From assembly GCF_963853765.1 (NCBI RefSeq), contig NC_088858.1:33666001-33730000 (forward strand): a DNA stretch of 64,000 bases, written 5' to 3'. A model generated the notes under the pieces. The model was not told the origin of the DNA and ran no database searches. It saw only the letters and a list, made by a program, of their open reading frames with translations. This DNA comes from Magallana gigas (taxonomy: Eukaryota). The position numbers were made by a program, and so were the translations under genes. This document shows positions 61,889-64,000 of the stretch, one piece after another (position 1 is the first letter of the stretch; every line of letters begins with the position of its first letter).

Positions 61889-62883
61889 TATTCTCTTTTG
61901 AGGCATAGCCTACATCCACTTCTCTTCGCAAGCCCTCATATTTTGATTCTGGAAAACGTGTAAATGTCGGAATCAAAGACGGTTTACGCTTCGACTCATG
62001 TTTCGACACCAGTTTCCCTGAATTTTCGTAACAGACCTACTATTTCTACATTTTAAACATAAATGCATCCATATATCACAAAAAATCAACACTAACCCGC
62101 TGTCAAATCATTTTCGCAACTTCTACATCCCGGGTTTAAATTTTGTGTATCACATTGTTTATCCAGGTCAGCGCAGATTAAATGTTATGTTTCGGATAAA
62201 ATTGGAAACCTATTTAAGACAATAATGTCGAAAACATAACTGAATCAACTTAATCTTACGATGTACAAACAAATACTGAGTCAAAAAATTACAAAGTGGT
62301 ATTTCTTCCCTTTTTAACTATCTCTTATGGTGACAAATTTTGTTCTACATCTTTTTTAACAATAAAACGAACATTGATTAATAAAGAAAGCATACAAGAA
62401 AGACTAGAATAAAGAGTTTTCATTGTTTTATGTGACAAAGTTATTATTTTATCGTATGCATTTTGTTAATTTGTCTTAAATTGTAAAACCGTTCTATATA
62501 GCTTTGTAAATTTTAAGAAAAATACCTTTAATCTAAAGTCTACAATCGGAACATAATTTTCCGTTTTTCCGACTCTAAATTTTCTACTTTTTAAACCACC
62601 TATAGCGAATGATCTCATAATTTAACATCGGAATGTAGAAGTTGCAAAAATGATTTAAAAGCGGGTTAGTGGTGATTTGTTTGTAATATATGGATGCATT
62701 TATGTTTAAAATGTAGAAATAATAGGTCTGTTACGAAAATTCAGGGAAACTGGAGTCGAAACATGGGTCAAAGCGTCAACCGTCTTTGGTTCTGACATTT
62801 ACACGTTTTCCAGAATCAAAATATGGGGGCTTGCGAAGAGAAGTGGATGTAGGCTATGCCTGTCCACTTCTCAAAAGAGAATA
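61889..62883. mobile_element. 995-bp foldback-type element, ~245-bp TIRs, TA..TA ends, 10-bp TSD (AcademH- or MULE-like)
   Basis: gcagagtatg at 61879-61888 and 62884-62893; tattctcttttgag/ctcaaaagagaata; long inverted arms ~61889-62135 and ~62628-62883. Confidence 0.75.
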
Positions 62884-63476
62884 GCAGAGTATGCAGTTCT
62901 TGGAATGTAAACCGAAGATAAATCACTGTAACCTAATCATCTTGTCATAGATGTATTGGACGATTAAGTCGAAAGGGTTGCGCGTGAACATAATTATCTT
63001 AGATACAGTATCTATATTGGTAACCTTATCGATATTTTTTACAGAATGAATACATACATATATGACTACAGATTCTAAATTAACAATGAACATGGAATTT
63101 CTGAAAGAATATTTCTAATACATAAAAATCATTTTAAATAGTTTGAAATTTTTTAGTTGCTATAAATTGACAAGAGTTTCTGCTAGCCTTGAATTTCATT
63201 TATAATAAAAATAATGGCGCCATCTGATATTGATATAAACAAAACAACATATCCCAGAGCCCCTGACTGACCCGATTTACATTGAATTACACGTGTTTTA
63301 TATCCTGAAAGAAAACAGATATCACTTAGGAACACTTTCGCTCTCAATACAACTCCCTCCAAACCTTCTTTAAATACAAAGTACAATACAAAGATCCACA
63401 CGAGGGCTATTGGATATACAAGTGGTTCCAAACAAATCAATGGTGTGTGTTTTCATGATCTGGGGGCGAAGCAACG

Positions 63477-63608
63477 NNNNNNNNNNNNNNNNNNNNNNNN
63501 NNNNNNNNNNNNNNNNNNNNNNNNNNNNNNNNNNNNNNNNNNNNNNNNNNNNNNNNNNNNNNNNNNNNNNNNNNNNNNNNNNNNNNNNNNNNNNNNNNNN
63601 NNNNNNNN
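63477..63608. other. Assembly gap (N run)
   Basis: Run of n. Confidence 0.99.
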
Positions 63609-63837
63609 AGAAGAAAAATATATTAACAATTCCATAGCGATCAAAAAGCAGATCGACGTGTGCCTTAATCGTTACATGTAGCAAATGAAACGAGGGCCAA
63701 TCTTAAAGTAAGTATTACAAATTTTGTTCAAAAATGAATTGGAATCAGATCAAGATACCGTGATTTTTTTGATTTACTGTAGGTTAACCTTCCAATGGAT
63801 AAGAATCTACCAGCTGTTAAAGGTCGGGGTCACCTCA

Positions 63838-63918
63838 TTAAAAATCGTTTTCCTCCCAGCCATCCTCTTCTTCTTCCGGTACAAGCTGGATCATGCGCTC
63901 CGTGTATGTTCGGGGATC
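63838..63918 (-). CDS. Possible last coding exon of a gene lying beyond the window
   Basis: GC-rich segment reading DPRTYTERMIQLVPEEEEDGWEENDF*. The acceptor is weak and there is an in-frame stop a few codons upstream. Confidence 0.25.
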   Translation of the reverse strand, partial: DPRTYTERMIQLVPEEEEDGWEENDF

Positions 63919-64000
63919 CTTTTCATAACGTTATATAAAATCTGATAGCATTTTGATTATCCAATTGTTAAATGTTTGACAATTTTAAAGCTGAATGGAG

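Overview
AT-rich eukaryotic genomic DNA, most likely from a cupped oyster (Crassostrea/Magallana), judged from a Cg170-like satellite carried inside a Helentron-type element. There are four N gaps. I assembled five spliced genes by hand, all with GT-AG introns and open frames. Two are near-identical perlucin-like C-type lectins on the minus strand (A, 167 aa; B, 167 aa), produced by a roughly 4.7/5.6-kb tandem duplication. A third, divergent lectin lies on the plus strand (C, 170 aa), with its ATG only 99 bp from the ATG of B. The fourth is an intact 489-aa clan-2-like cytochrome P450 on the minus strand whose C-helix, I-helix and heme motifs are all non-canonical. The fifth is a 200-aa N-acylated globin X-like gene on the plus strand with two long introns. 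The rest is dense in non-autonomous elements: Helentron/HINE, IS3EU-like (6-bp TSD), AcademH-like (9-10-bp TSD), TTAA-flanked and other MITEs, plus mini- and microsatellites. I found no unambiguous new biological system. The best leads are the atypical P450 and the compact head-to-head lectin cluster. Family assignments come from motif recognition only; no database searches were run.
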